NCBI GenBank assembly: GCA_021803575.1
Contig: JAJZLH010000010.1
Span: 11,055 to 75,054, forward strand
DNA: 64,000 nucleotides
Reading direction: 5' to 3'
From: Bacillota bacterium
GTDB lineage: Bacteria > Bacillota > Sulfobacillia > JAJZYS01 > JAJZLH01
A program made the position numbers and the translations under genes. Of the stretch, positions 35,353 to 45,086 are shown one piece after another. The notes under the pieces were generated by a model, which made no database searches, had not been told where the DNA came from, and worked only from the letters and a program-made list of their open reading frames with translations. Numbering within the stretch: the stretch's first letter is position 1; each line of letters opens with the position of its first letter.

Positions 35353-38300
35353 CCCCAGCCTGAAGAAGGTGGCCGTGATCGGCTCCGGACCGATTGTGAT
35401 CGGCCAGGCGGCCGAGTTTGACTACGCCGGCACCCAGGCCTGCAGGGCCCTGGCCGAGGAGGGCGTCCAGGTGGTCCTGGTCAACTCCAATCCGGCCACC
35501 ATCATGACCGACCGAGAGACGGCCGACCGGGTCTACCTGGAGCCTTTGACGGTGCCGTCGGTCGCCCGGGTGCTGGAGCGGGAGCGGCCGGACGGTCTGA
35601 TCGCCACGCTGGGCGGCCAGACCGGCCTCAACCTTGGGGTGGGGCTGGCTGAGGCCGGCATTCTGGAGAAACTGGGCGTCCGTCTGCTCGGCACCGGCCT
35701 CTTGGCCATCCGCCAGGCCGAGGACCGCGATGCGTTCCGCCGGCTGATGCTCGCCATCCATGAGCCGATCCCGAAGAGCCGGGTGGTGGCCACGGTCCAG
35801 GACGGCCTCGACTTCGCCCACCAGGTCGGCTTTCCGGTGATCGTCCGCCCCGCCTACACCTTGGGCGGCACCGGCGGCGGCTTCGCCGAGCGGGCGGCGG
35901 AGCTGGAGCAGGTGCTGGGCCGGGGATTGGCGATGAGCCCCATTCACCAGTGCCTGATCGAGGAATCGATCAAGGGCTGGATCGAGGTCGAGTATGAGGT
36001 GATGCGCGACCACGCCGGCAACGCCATCACGGTCTGCAACATGGAGAACGTGGACCCGGTCGGCGTGCACACCGGTGACTCGATTGTGGTGGCGCCCAGC
36101 CTGACCCTGACCGACCGCCAGTACCAGGTGCTGCGCTCGGCCGCCCTCTCGATCGTGCATGCCCTGGGCGTGGACGGCGGCTGCAACGTGCAATTTGGGC
36201 TCCGGCCGGACAGCCTGGAGTACCGCGTGATTGAGGTCAACCCCAGGGTCAGCCGCTCCAGCGCCCTCGCCTCCAAGGCGACCGGCTACCCGATCGCCCG
36301 CATGGCGGCCAAACTGGCACTCGGCTACACCCTGCCCGAGCTGAAGAACCCGGTCACCGGCGAGACCACCGCCTGCTTCGAGCCAGCTCTGGACTACGTG
36401 GTGGTGAAGATCCCGCGCTGGCCGTTCGACAAGTTCGTCCAGGCCGACCGCCGCCTTGGCACCCAGATGAAGGCGACCGGTGAGGTGATGGCGATCGACC
36501 GCTCGCTGGGCGGTGCCCTGCAAAAGGCGATCCGGGCGCTGGAGGCTGGACCAGGAAACCTGCTGCCCCGCCAGGCGGCAGCGCTCTCTGACCAGGCGCT
36601 GGCCGAGGGCATCCGCCAGCCCGATGACCGCCGCCTCTTCCTCCTGGCCGAGGCCTTCCGCCGCCAGTGGCCGCTTGCAGAGGTGGCGGCGCTCAGCCAG
36701 GTGCGCCCCTACTTCCTGGAGGAACTGCAAGCGCTGGCCGAGGCGGAGGCAGGGCTGCCCAGCCTGGCTGAGATGTCGCCCCGGCTGTGGCAGGATCTGA
36801 AGCGGCAGGGCTTCTCCGACCGGCGGCTGGGTGAGCTGTGGGGGGTGGAGGAGTCGGCGGTGCGTGCTGCCCGCTGGCAGGCCGGCGTGCACCCGGTCTA
36901 CAAGATGGTGGACACCTGCGCTGGCGAGTTCATGGCCCAGACGCCCTACTTCTACGCCTGCTACGACCAGGAGGATGAGGCGGAGCCGCTCACGGCGCCC
37001 AGGGTGCTGGTCATCGGCTCAGGCCCGATCCGCATCGGGCAGGGCATCGAGTTCGACTTCTCGACTGTGCACGCCCTGAAGGCGCTGCGCGAGCGGGGCG
37101 CCAAGGGGCTGATCATCAACTCCAACCCGGAGACCGTCTCCACCGACTTCACCGAGTCCGACCGGCTGTTCTTCGAGCCGGTCACGCTGGAGGATGTGCT
37201 CGAGGTGTGCCGCCACGAACAGGTGGCAGGCGTGCTGGTCCAGTTCGGCGGGCAGACGGCGCTGAACATGGCGCCTGCCTTGGAGCGGGCTGGCGTGAAG
37301 ATCCTGGGCACGCCGCTTGAGGGCCTGTGGGCGGCAGAGGACCGCGGCCAGTTCGACGCCTTGTTGCATCGACTCGGCGTCAGGCGGCCGGCCGGACGGG
37401 CGGTGGATAGCCCCGCCCAGGCCCTGGCGGCGGCTGGCGAGATCGGCTACCCGGTGCTGGTCAGGCCGTCCTTCGTGCTGGGCGGCCGGGCCATGCAGAT
37501 CGTCTACGACCAGGACGAGCTCGCCGTCTACCTGGAGGCGATGGCCGAACAGGGCGAGGTGCGCTCCCTGTTGGTCGACCAGTACTGCCAAGGCGTCGAG
37601 GTGGAGGTGGACGCCCTGGCGGACGGCCAGGAGGTGCTGATCGCCGGCATCATGGAGCACGTCGAGCGGGCCGGGGTGCACTCCGGTGACTCAACCGCCG
37701 TCTATCCGGCCCACTCCCTGACCCCAGCCCAGAAGCTGGAGGTGGCCGAGCTGACGCGGCGGGTCGCCCTCGGCCTGGGCGTGCGGGGCCTGCTCAACGT
37801 CCAGTTCGTGGTCTCAGGCGGCGAGCTGCTGGTGATCGAGGCCAATCCCAGGGCCAGCCGGACCATCCCGTTTCTGGAGAAGGTGGCTGGCATCCGCCTG
37901 GCCGAGCTGGCCACCCACCTGATGATGGGAGACTCGCTGGCCGACCACGGCCTCAGAGCGGGACTCTGGCCGGAGCCGCTCCACGTCGGCGTCAAGGTGC
38001 CGATCTTCTCCTGGGCCAAGCTGGGGCAGGTCGACGCCGCCCTCGGGCCCGAGATGAAGTCGACCGGCGAGGTGATGGGGCTGGACGACACCTTCGAAGG
38101 CGCTCTGGTCAAGGCCTTCGAGGCATCCGGCTTCAAGGTGCCGGACGGTGCCGCCATTCTCCTGACCGTGGCCGACCGCGACAAGGAGGAGGTGGTGGCC
38201 CTGGCTGAAGAACTGGCGGCCAGGCGCTTCCGGCTGCTGGCGACGGCCGGAACGGCCAGCGCCCTGGAGGGGCGCGGCGTCGAGGTGGAGCGGGTGGCCA

Positions 38301-38572
38301 AGATCGGCGGCGGCCACCCGGACATCCTGGACCTGATCGGCAGCCAGGCGGTGGCGCTGGTGGTCAACACCATCACCAGCGGCCACCAGCCGGAGCGGGA
38401 CGGCTTCCGCATCCGGCGGGCGGCGGTCGAGCATGGCGTCGCCTGCATCACCTCGCTCGACACGGTGCGGGCGGTGCTGCACGCCCTCTCCTGGGACCGG
38501 CGGCCGCGCACCCTGGCGCTGCAGGACTACCTAGACCGCGAGGCGCGCTCGGAGGAGGCGAGGCGGCGATGA
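35345..38572 (+). CDS. carB: carbamoyl-phosphate synthase large subunit
   Basis: ATG at M51 of ORF; 'KKVAVIGSGPIVIGQAAEFDYAGTQA'; duplicated ATP-grasp halves; 1075 aa. Confidence 0.95.
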   Translation: MRDPSLKKVAVIGSGPIVIGQAAEFDYAGTQACRALAEEGVQVVLVNSNPATIMTDRETADRVYLEPLTVPSVARVLERERPDGLIATLGGQTGLNLGVGLAEAGILEKLGVRLLGTGLLAIRQAEDRDAFRRLMLAIHEPIPKSRVVATVQDGLDFAHQVGFPVIVRPAYTLGGTGGGFAERAAELEQVLGRGLAMSPIHQCLIEESIKGWIEVEYEVMRDHAGNAITVCNMENVDPVGVHTGDSIVVAPSLTLTDRQYQVLRSAALSIVHALGVDGGCNVQFGLRPDSLEYRVIEVNPRVSRSSALASKATGYPIARMAAKLALGYTLPELKNPVTGETTACFEPALDYVVVKIPRWPFDKFVQADRRLGTQMKATGEVMAIDRSLGGALQKAIRALEAGPGNLLPRQAAALSDQALAEGIRQPDDRRLFLLAEAFRRQWPLAEVAALSQVRPYFLEELQALAEAEAGLPSLAEMSPRLWQDLKRQGFSDRRLGELWGVEESAVRAARWQAGVHPVYKMVDTCAGEFMAQTPYFYACYDQEDEAEPLTAPRVLVIGSGPIRIGQGIEFDFSTVHALKALRERGAKGLIINSNPETVSTDFTESDRLFFEPVTLEDVLEVCRHEQVAGVLVQFGGQTALNMAPALERAGVKILGTPLEGLWAAEDRGQFDALLHRLGVRRPAGRAVDSPAQALAAAGEIGYPVLVRPSFVLGGRAMQIVYDQDELAVYLEAMAEQGEVRSLLVDQYCQGVEVEVDALADGQEVLIAGIMEHVERAGVHSGDSTAVYPAHSLTPAQKLEVAELTRRVALGLGVRGLLNVQFVVSGGELLVIEANPRASRTIPFLEKVAGIRLAELATHLMMGDSLADHGLRAGLWPEPLHVGVKVPIFSWAKLGQVDAALGPEMKSTGEVMGLDDTFEGALVKAFEASGFKVPDGAAILLTVADRDKEEVVALAEELAARRFRLLATAGTASALEGRGVEVERVAKIGGGHPDILDLIGSQAVALVVNTITSGHQPERDGFRIRRAAVEHGVACITSLDTVRAVLHALSWDRRPRTLALQDYLDREARSEEARRR

Positions 38573-39348
38573 GTCTGGGCCGCTGGTCGGTGCCGGTGGT
38601 GGGCCGCACGGCGCACGGCCCCGGGGTGGTGGAGCTGGAGGTGGAAGCACCGGCCCTGGCAGCGTCGATTCGCCCCGGCCAGTTTGTGATGCTCTTCCCA
38701 GAGACGCCAGGCGCCCCCTACCTCGGCCGCCCGATGAGCTACTTCCGCCGGTCGGAGGAGACCATGTCGGTGCTGTTCCGGGTGGTCGGAGCAGGCACCC
38801 GTCACCTGGCGGCCCTGGTGAGGGGCGACCGGCTGAGTGCCCTCGGCCCGCTCGGCCAGCCCTTCCCCGACCCTGAGCCGGGAGAGGTCTGCCTGGTCGG
38901 CGGCGGCGTCGGCGTACCGCCCCTCTACGACTGGGCGCGCACCCTCCGCGAGCAGGGGCACGGCGTCACCGTGCTGCTTGGCGCCAGGAGCGCCGATCAG
39001 CTGCTGGGGGAGGCGGCGTTTTCGCCGATTGCGGCCCAGCTCCTAGTTGCCACCGACGACGGCAGCCGCGGCCACCACGGCCCGGTCACCAGCCTCCTGC
39101 CGGCGTCTACAGCCACCGTCTATGCCTGCGGCCCCAGCGCCATGCTGAAGGCGGTGCAGGAGTGGGCCAGGGGCAGGGCCGCCCCGGCCTACCTCACCCT
39201 GGAGGCCCGCATGGCCTGCGGTTTCGGCGCCTGCCTGGGCTGCACCGTGGCGGCCGCCAACCCAGATCCGGCCAAGGGCGACTACGGCCGCTATGTGCGG
39301 GTCTGCACCGACGGCCCCACTTTTGCCGCCGGGGCGGTGTTGCTGTGA
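38569..39348 (+). CDS. pyrK: dihydroorotate dehydrogenase electron-transfer subunit PyrK
   Basis: FAD/NAD-binding fold plus C-terminal 2Fe-2S 'CGFGACLGCTV'. Confidence 0.85.
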   Translation: MSLGRWSVPVVGRTAHGPGVVELEVEAPALAASIRPGQFVMLFPETPGAPYLGRPMSYFRRSEETMSVLFRVVGAGTRHLAALVRGDRLSALGPLGQPFPDPEPGEVCLVGGGVGVPPLYDWARTLREQGHGVTVLLGARSADQLLGEAAFSPIAAQLLVATDDGSRGHHGPVTSLLPASTATVYACGPSAMLKAVQEWARGRAAPAYLTLEARMACGFGACLGCTVAAANPDPAKGDYGRYVRVCTDGPTFAAGAVLL

Positions 39349-40277
39349 GCCAGCTGGCCACCCGGGTGGGCGGGCTGCAACTGAAGAACCCGGTGCTGGT
39401 GGCATCCGGGACCTTCGGCTACGGCCGGGAGTTCGCACCGCTGTTCGACCTCTCCCGGCTGGGCGGCATCATGGTGAAGGGCGTGTCGCTCGAGCCCTGG
39501 TCCGGCAACCCGGGCGTGCGGCTGGCCGAGACAGACTCCGGCCTCCTGAACGCCATCGGGTTGCAGAACCCCGGCCTCCGGCACTTTCTGGACGAGGACT
39601 GGCCGTGGCTCCGCCAGTTTGGCACGCCGGTGGTGGTGAACATGGTCGGTCACAGCGTGGAGGAGTATGTGGCGGTCGCCCAGGCTGTCAGCGATGCCGG
39701 CGTCGCCGCCATCGAACTGAACGTGTCCTGCCCCAACATCGAGGACGGGCTTGTCTTCGGCACAGACCAGACGGCCCTGGCCGGCCTGGTGGCCAGCGTG
39801 CGCCGTGTTACCGCCCTGCCCCTGATCGTCAAGCTCTCGCCCAACACCACCGGCCCGTTGCCCTACGCCCGGGCCGCCGTGGAGGCGGGAGCTGATGCAC
39901 TATCTTTGATCAACACCGTGCTGGGCATGGCGATCGACAGCGTGAGCAGGCGGCCAGTGCTGGGCAATGTGACCGGCGGGCTGTCCGGGCCGGCGATTCG
40001 GCCGATCGCCCTCCGGTACGTCTGGGAGGTCGCCTCCACCCTGGCGGTGGATGTGATCGGCATGGGCGGCATCGCCTCGGCCCAAGACGGCCTGACCTTC
40101 CTGGAAGCGGGGGCGGCGGCGGTGGCCGTCGGCAGCGCCCTGTTCCGGGATCCCTGGGCGGCGGTGCGGCTCGTCGACGAGTTGCCGGCGGAGCTGGCCG
40201 GCTTCGGCTATCCCTCGGTCCAGGCGGCGATCGGCGCGGCAAGAGGCGAGAGGAGGCGTGGCGGTGGATCGGCGTGA
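39345..40277 (+). CDS. pyrD: dihydroorotate dehydrogenase catalytic subunit (class 1B)
   Basis: GTG overlaps the pyrK stop (GTGA). 'LKNPVLVASGTFGYG', 'NAIGLQNPG', 'IELNVSCPN'. Confidence 0.9.
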   Translation: MSQLATRVGGLQLKNPVLVASGTFGYGREFAPLFDLSRLGGIMVKGVSLEPWSGNPGVRLAETDSGLLNAIGLQNPGLRHFLDEDWPWLRQFGTPVVVNMVGHSVEEYVAVAQAVSDAGVAAIELNVSCPNIEDGLVFGTDQTALAGLVASVRRVTALPLIVKLSPNTTGPLPYARAAVEAGADALSLINTVLGMAIDSVSRRPVLGNVTGGLSGPAIRPIALRYVWEVASTLAVDVIGMGGIASAQDGLTFLEAGAAAVAVGSALFRDPWAAVRLVDELPAELAGFGYPSVQAAIGAARGERRRGGGSA

Positions 40278-40953
40278 GCGGGTGATCGTGGCATTGGATG
40301 TGCCGGACTGGGCGGCGGCGGAGCGATTGGTGGAGAGGTTGGGCGGGGAGCTGCGCTGGGTGAAGGTGGGCCTGGAACTCTACACCGGGGCGGGCCCAGC
40401 GGCCATTCAGCGGCTGAAGGAGCGGGGCCTTCGGGTGATGGTGGACCTCAAGCTGCACGATATCCCAGAGACAGTGGGCCGGGCCGTGGCGCGCCTGGGG
40501 GCTCAAGGCGCTGACGCCCTCACCGTCCATGCCCAGGGCGGGCGGCCGATGCTGGAAGCGGCTGTGGCAGCAGCCCAGGCGGCCGAGGTCAGGGTGTGGG
40601 CGGTGACCGTGCTCACCTCTCTGGACGACGCCCTGTGGTCGGAACTGGGGCACGACGGAGACGTTCCAGGCGGTGTCCGGCGCCTGACCCGCCTGGCCCG
40701 GACGGCCGGCTGTCACGGCGTGGTGGCGTCCGGGATGGAAGCCAGGCTGGTGCGCCAGATGGCGGGCGACGACTTCGACATCGTGACGCCGGGCATCCGC
40801 TTTGCCGGGGACGAGGCAGCCGATCAGCGCCGCACTATGGACCCAGCCCAGGCCCTGGTCGCCGGGGCCACCCAACTGGTGATCGGCCGCCCCATCACCC
40901 ATGCGGCCGACCCGGCGGCCAGGCTGCATGAGGCCCAGGAGTTGGCCAGATGA
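40258..40953 (+). CDS. pyrF: orotidine-5'-phosphate decarboxylase
   Basis: 'IVALDV', 'VKVGLEL', 'DLKLHDIP'. Confidence 0.85.
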   Translation: MAVDRRERVIVALDVPDWAAAERLVERLGGELRWVKVGLELYTGAGPAAIQRLKERGLRVMVDLKLHDIPETVGRAVARLGAQGADALTVHAQGGRPMLEAAVAAAQAAEVRVWAVTVLTSLDDALWSELGHDGDVPGGVRRLTRLARTAGCHGVVASGMEARLVRQMAGDDFDIVTPGIRFAGDEAADQRRTMDPAQALVAGATQLVIGRPITHAADPAARLHEAQELAR

Positions 40954-41519
40954 GCGGCAAAACGGGCGTGGCGGAGATACTCAGGGAGAGCGGTGCCTGG
41001 CTGAAGGGGCACTTCCTGCTCACCTCCGGGCTGCACAGCGACCAGTTTCTGATTATGGCCAGGGCCTTCGAGGTGCCGCGCCTCGGCCGCCAGCTCGGCC
41101 AGATGGTGGCCGAACTGTTCCGGGAGGAGCGGGTGGAGGCGGTGGTGGGGCCGGCGATGGGAGGCGTCATCCTGGCCTACGAGGTGGCGGCGGCGCTCGG
41201 TGCCAGGGCGCTGTTCGCCGAGAAGGCGGATCAGGGTATGGTGCTGAAGCGAGGGTTTCGGCTCGGTGCGGGCGAACGGGTGCTGGTGGTGGAGGACGCC
41301 GTGTCCACCGGCGGCTCGGTGCAGCGGCTGCTGGACCACCTCGAGAGCCACCCGGCCCAGGTGGTGGGTGTGGGCGCCGTGGCGGACCGCAGCGAGGGCC
41401 GGGCGAACTTCAAGGTGCCGTTTCGCGCCGCCTGGTCGCTCGCCGTCCAGCAGTGGCCGGCGGCGGACTGCCCGCTGTGCGCCCAGGGCCAGCCGCTCAG
41501 GCGGCCGAAGGAGGAGTAG
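40950..41519 (+). CDS. pyrE: orotate phosphoribosyltransferase
   Basis: 'GHFLLTSGLHSDQF', PRPP motif 'VLVVEDAVSTGGS'. Confidence 0.9.
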   Translation: MSGKTGVAEILRESGAWLKGHFLLTSGLHSDQFLIMARAFEVPRLGRQLGQMVAELFREERVEAVVGPAMGGVILAYEVAAALGARALFAEKADQGMVLKRGFRLGAGERVLVVEDAVSTGGSVQRLLDHLESHPAQVVGVGAVADRSEGRANFKVPFRAAWSLAVQQWPAADCPLCAQGQPLRRPKEE

Positions 41520-41521
41520 AC

Positions 41522-42010
41522 GTGACGAGCTCCGACCAGGTACGCACACCCGCCGCCTCCCGGGTGGAGATGGTGCAGATGGTGATGCCGCTGCACACCA
41601 ACTCCCTGGGCTCGCTGTTCGGCGGCCAGATGGTGGCCTGGATCGACATGGCGGCCTCGATGGCCGCCATCCGCCACTCTCACTCCTACGTGGTGACGGT
41701 GGCGATTGACCAGCTCACATTCCAGCGGCCGATCCGAGAGGGCATGGCCGTGGTGCTGGCAGCGCAGGTGGACTGGGTAGGCCACACCTCGCTGGAGGTG
41801 GCGGTCCAGGTCTGGTCCGAACAGCTCCTGAGCGGCGTGAGGGAGCTCACCAACCAGGCGTTTTTGTCCTTTGTGGCGGTCGACCGCCAGCTCAAACCCG
41901 TGCCGGTGCCGGCCCTGACCCTGGTCACCGATGAGGACCGGCGGGCCTTCGCCGACGCCGAGCGGCGCCGGGAGCGGCGACTCAGTCAGCGTGAGGAGGA
42001 ACGGGCATGA
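41522..42010 (+). CDS. acyl-CoA thioesterase (hotdog fold, YciA/BFIT-like)
   Basis: GTG at V208 of ORF 40901-42010, preceded by GAAGGAGGAG, 3 nt after the pyrE stop. 'MVQMVMPLHTNSLGSLFGGQMVAWIDMAA' is typical of acyl-CoA hydrolases. Confidence 0.7.
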   Translation: MTSSDQVRTPAASRVEMVQMVMPLHTNSLGSLFGGQMVAWIDMAASMAAIRHSHSYVVTVAIDQLTFQRPIREGMAVVLAAQVDWVGHTSLEVAVQVWSEQLLSGVRELTNQAFLSFVAVDRQLKPVPVPALTLVTDEDRRAFADAERRRERRLSQREEERA

Positions 42011-43155
42011 GCGTGCACGTGGTCGAAGGGGCGCGCAGCCCGTTCGGAAAGTTTCTGGGCGGTCTCAAGGATGTGAGCGCCGTCGATCTGGGCGCCGCCG
42101 TAGCCAAGGCGGCCGTGGAGCGGGCGGGCGTCGAGCCCGGACGGGTGGGGGCGGTCGTCTTCGGCAACGTCATCCAGTCGTCTTCGGATGCGGTCTATCT
42201 GGCCCGTCACGTGGCGCTGAGAGCCGGGTTGCCCGTGGCGGCGCCCGCCCTCACCGTCAACCGGTTGTGCGGCTCCGGCCTGCAGGCGGTGATCAGCGCC
42301 GCCCAGGCGCTGGCCGGCGGCGAGGCGGAGTGGGCGGTGGCCGGCGGCACCGAGTCGATGTCGCAGGCGCCGCACCTCTTGTGGGGCGCCCGCCAGGGGT
42401 GGGGGCTCGGAGAGGGGCGGTTGGGCGACAGCCTGTGGGACTGCCTGACCGACCTGGACTGCGGCTGTTCGATGGCGGAGACGGCCGAGAACATCGCCGA
42501 TGACCTCGGCATCAGCCGGGAGGAGCAGGACGCCTTCGCCCTGCTCTCGCACCAGCGGGCGCTGGCCGCCCGGGAGCGGCTGGCCGAGGAGATCGTGGCC
42601 ATCGGCGAGGTGGGCCAGGACGAGCACCCCAGGGCCACGTCGCTGGAGAAGCTGGCAGCTCTGAGGCCGGCCTTCCGGACGGGCGGCCGGGTGACCGCCG
42701 GCAACGCCTCTGGCATCGACGACGGCGCTGCGGCGGTGGTGCTGGCCACAGAGGCGGGCCTGAGGGCGGCCCAGCGGCCGTCGTTGGGTGTGATCCGCAG
42801 CTGGGCGGTGGTCGGCGTCGACCCCACCCGGATGGGACTTGGCCCGGTGGAGGCCATCCAGCTCGCCCTCGGCCGCGCCCACCTCACCATCGCTGACATC
42901 GACCTGTTCGAGGTCAACGAGGCCTTCGCCGCCCAGTACCTGGGCGTCGAGCGGCTGCTCGGATTGCCCAGGGAGCGGACCAACGTCAACGGCGGCGCCA
43001 TCGCCCTCGGCCATCCGGTCGGGGCCAGCGGGGCCAGGCTCCTGCTCACGCTCCTCCTGGAACTCCGGCGCCGGCAGGAGAAGCTGGGTGTGGCGGCCCT
43101 GTGCATCGGCGGCGGGCAGGGCATCGCCATGGTGGTGGAGTGCACAGATGGCTGA
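42007..43155 (+). CDS. acetyl-CoA C-acetyltransferase (thiolase II)
   Basis: 'VNRLCGSGLQAV' active-site Cys region; C-terminal 'NGGAIALGHPVGASG'. Confidence 0.9.
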   Translation: MSVHVVEGARSPFGKFLGGLKDVSAVDLGAAVAKAAVERAGVEPGRVGAVVFGNVIQSSSDAVYLARHVALRAGLPVAAPALTVNRLCGSGLQAVISAAQALAGGEAEWAVAGGTESMSQAPHLLWGARQGWGLGEGRLGDSLWDCLTDLDCGCSMAETAENIADDLGISREEQDAFALLSHQRALAARERLAEEIVAIGEVGQDEHPRATSLEKLAALRPAFRTGGRVTAGNASGIDDGAAAVVLATEAGLRAAQRPSLGVIRSWAVVGVDPTRMGLGPVEAIQLALGRAHLTIADIDLFEVNEAFAAQYLGVERLLGLPRERTNVNGGAIALGHPVGASGARLLLTLLLELRRRQEKLGVAALCIGGGQGIAMVVECTDG

Positions 43156-43180
43156 GGCGGATCGGCAAGGAGGGCTGACC

Positions 43181-44044
43181 ATGGGTGAGACGCTATTGGT
43201 GGTGGGGGCGGGTCAGATGGGAGGCGGCATTGCCCATCTGGCGGCCCAGTCCGGTCTGGAGGTGCGCCTGGCCGACCTGGATCCGGCCCAGGTGGAGCGC
43301 GCCATCGGCCGCATCACCAAGCTCAACCAGCGCAGCGTGGAAAAGGGCCGGCTCACCTCTGAAGAAGCGGCGGCCCTGATCGGCCGCATCAAGCCGGTTC
43401 CGGATGTGCGAGCTGGGGCGGCCGGCGCCAGCTTTGCCATCGAGGCGGTGGTGGAGCGGGTGGAGGTCAAACAGGCGGTGTTCTCCGAGCTCGATGCCCA
43501 GCTTGGCGAGGACGCCGTGATCGCCACCAACACGTCGTCGATCTCGATCACGCAGCTGGCGGCGTCGGTGCGGCATCCGGACCGGGTAGTGGGCATGCAC
43601 TTCTTCAACCCGCCTGTGGTGATGAAGCTGGTGGAGGTGATCCGCGGCCTTCCCACCGCCGACCGGACGGTGGCTAGGGCCAAGGCCCTGGCCGAGGCCA
43701 TGGGCCGGACGCCGATCGAGGTCAAGAAGGACAGCCCCGGCTTCGTGGTCAACCGCATCCTGATGCCGTTCTTGGCCGAGGCGGTCAAGGTCTACGCCGA
43801 GGGCCTGGCCTCGCCTGAGGACATCGACACCGCCATCCGGCTCGGTCTCAACCACCCGATGGGGCCCCTCACCCTGCTCGACTTCACCGGCATCGACGTC
43901 TGTCTGGACGTGATGGACTACTTCCACCATGAGTTCGGCGAGGCGGCCTACGCGCCGCCGGTGGAGATGCGCCGCCTGGTGCGGGCCGGCCGGGTCGGCA
44001 AGAAGGCCGGCGCTGGCTTCTACGACTACCCCGAGGAGGCCTGA
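43181..44044 (+). CDS. hbd: 3-hydroxybutyryl-CoA dehydrogenase
   Basis: ATG at M115 of ORF preceded by GGAGGG. 'LVVGAGQMGGGIA' NAD fold, 'NTSSISIT', 'HFFNPPVVMKLVEVI'. Confidence 0.85.
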   Translation: MGETLLVVGAGQMGGGIAHLAAQSGLEVRLADLDPAQVERAIGRITKLNQRSVEKGRLTSEEAAALIGRIKPVPDVRAGAAGASFAIEAVVERVEVKQAVFSELDAQLGEDAVIATNTSSISITQLAASVRHPDRVVGMHFFNPPVVMKLVEVIRGLPTADRTVARAKALAEAMGRTPIEVKKDSPGFVVNRILMPFLAEAVKVYAEGLASPEDIDTAIRLGLNHPMGPLTLLDFTGIDVCLDVMDYFHHEFGEAAYAPPVEMRRLVRAGRVGKKAGAGFYDYPEEA

Positions 44045-44045
44045 G

Positions 44046-44903
44046 GTGTGGCTGGGGGCGCACCTCAGCATCAGCGGCGGTCTGCCGGAGGCGGCCCAGA
44101 CCGCCTCCGAGCTCGGCGCCAACACCTTCGCCTACTTCACCCGGAACCCGCGCGGCGGCAGCGCCCGGCAGATTCCCGCTGAGGAGGCGGCGGCCTGGCA
44201 GACAGCTCGGGCCACGTACGGCATCGGCCCGACCGTCGGCCACATGCCGTATACAGTCAATCTGGCCGGGAACAAGACCTCGGTCCAGACCTTCGCCCGG
44301 ATGGTGGTGGCCGAGGACTTCAGGCGAGTGGAGAGTTTTGGCGGAGAGTACATGTGCCTGCATCCGGGCAGCCACCTGGGAGATGGGGCCGAGGCCGGGA
44401 TCGAGCGGGTGGTCGACGTCCTGAAGGACGCCCTGCCCCGCTCCAGCGCCACCACCATGCTGCTCTTGGAGACGATGGCCGGCTCTGGCAGTGAGATCGG
44501 CGGGTCCTTCCCTGAGTTGGCCGAGATCATCGACCGCACCGGCGCACCGCCCACTCTGGGCGTGTGCCTGGACAGCTGCCATCTCTTCAGCCAGGGCTAT
44601 GACTTCACCACGGCGGCTGGCATCGACCGGCTGTTCGCCGACGTCGACCGGACGGTGGGCCGGGACCGGGTGCGCGCCATGCACCTGAACGACAGCAAGT
44701 TCCCGCTGGGGTCGCACAAGGACCGGCACGAGAAGCTCGGCCAAGGCAGCTTGGGCAAGGCTGGTGTCTTGAACATCCTCCGCCACCCCTGGCTGTCCAC
44801 TCTGCCCCTGGTGCTGGAGACGCCAGTCGACGACATCAAGGAGTATGGGACGGAGATCGCACTGGCCAAGTCCTGGCTGGCGGAGAGCGGAGGGCTCGCC
44901 TAG
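44046..44903 (+). CDS. nfo: endonuclease IV (AP endonuclease family 2)
   Basis: GTG at V40 of ORF preceded by GAGGAGG, 2 nt after the hbd stop. 'GAHLSISGG', 'HMPYTVNLAG', 'CLDSCHLFS', 'HLNDSK'. Confidence 0.85.
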   Translation: MWLGAHLSISGGLPEAAQTASELGANTFAYFTRNPRGGSARQIPAEEAAAWQTARATYGIGPTVGHMPYTVNLAGNKTSVQTFARMVVAEDFRRVESFGGEYMCLHPGSHLGDGAEAGIERVVDVLKDALPRSSATTMLLLETMAGSGSEIGGSFPELAEIIDRTGAPPTLGVCLDSCHLFSQGYDFTTAAGIDRLFADVDRTVGRDRVRAMHLNDSKFPLGSHKDRHEKLGQGSLGKAGVLNILRHPWLSTLPLVLETPVDDIKEYGTEIALAKSWLAESGGLA

Positions 44904-45027
44904 AGGGCCACGGCCAAGGGACCCGCTAGCAGAAAGGCTGATCCCGGCGCCGAGCCGTGCGCTGACCGTGGTCCACGCCATGCCGTCTACCCGCGGCCGA
45001 AGCCTGTCGTGGCGCCCACGCCTTGGC

Positions 45028-45063
45028 CAAGGCAAGAAGGAGGGGCCGGCGGATGCCGGCCCC
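45028..45063 (-). terminator. intrinsic terminator downstream of the lipoprotein gene (9-bp perfect GC stem, GGAT loop); U-rich run on the minus strand
   Basis: GGGGCCGGC-GGAT-GCCGGCCCC at 45042-45063. The minus-strand reading is followed by CUCCUUCUUGCC. Lies between convergent nfo(+) and lipoprotein(-). Confidence 0.5.
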
Positions 45064-45086
45064 TGTCCGATGGCACTGAAGGCACC

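Noticed and set aside
35198-36892. 564-aa ORF antisense to carB
   Set aside because: Overlaps the universally conserved carB; antisense artefact.
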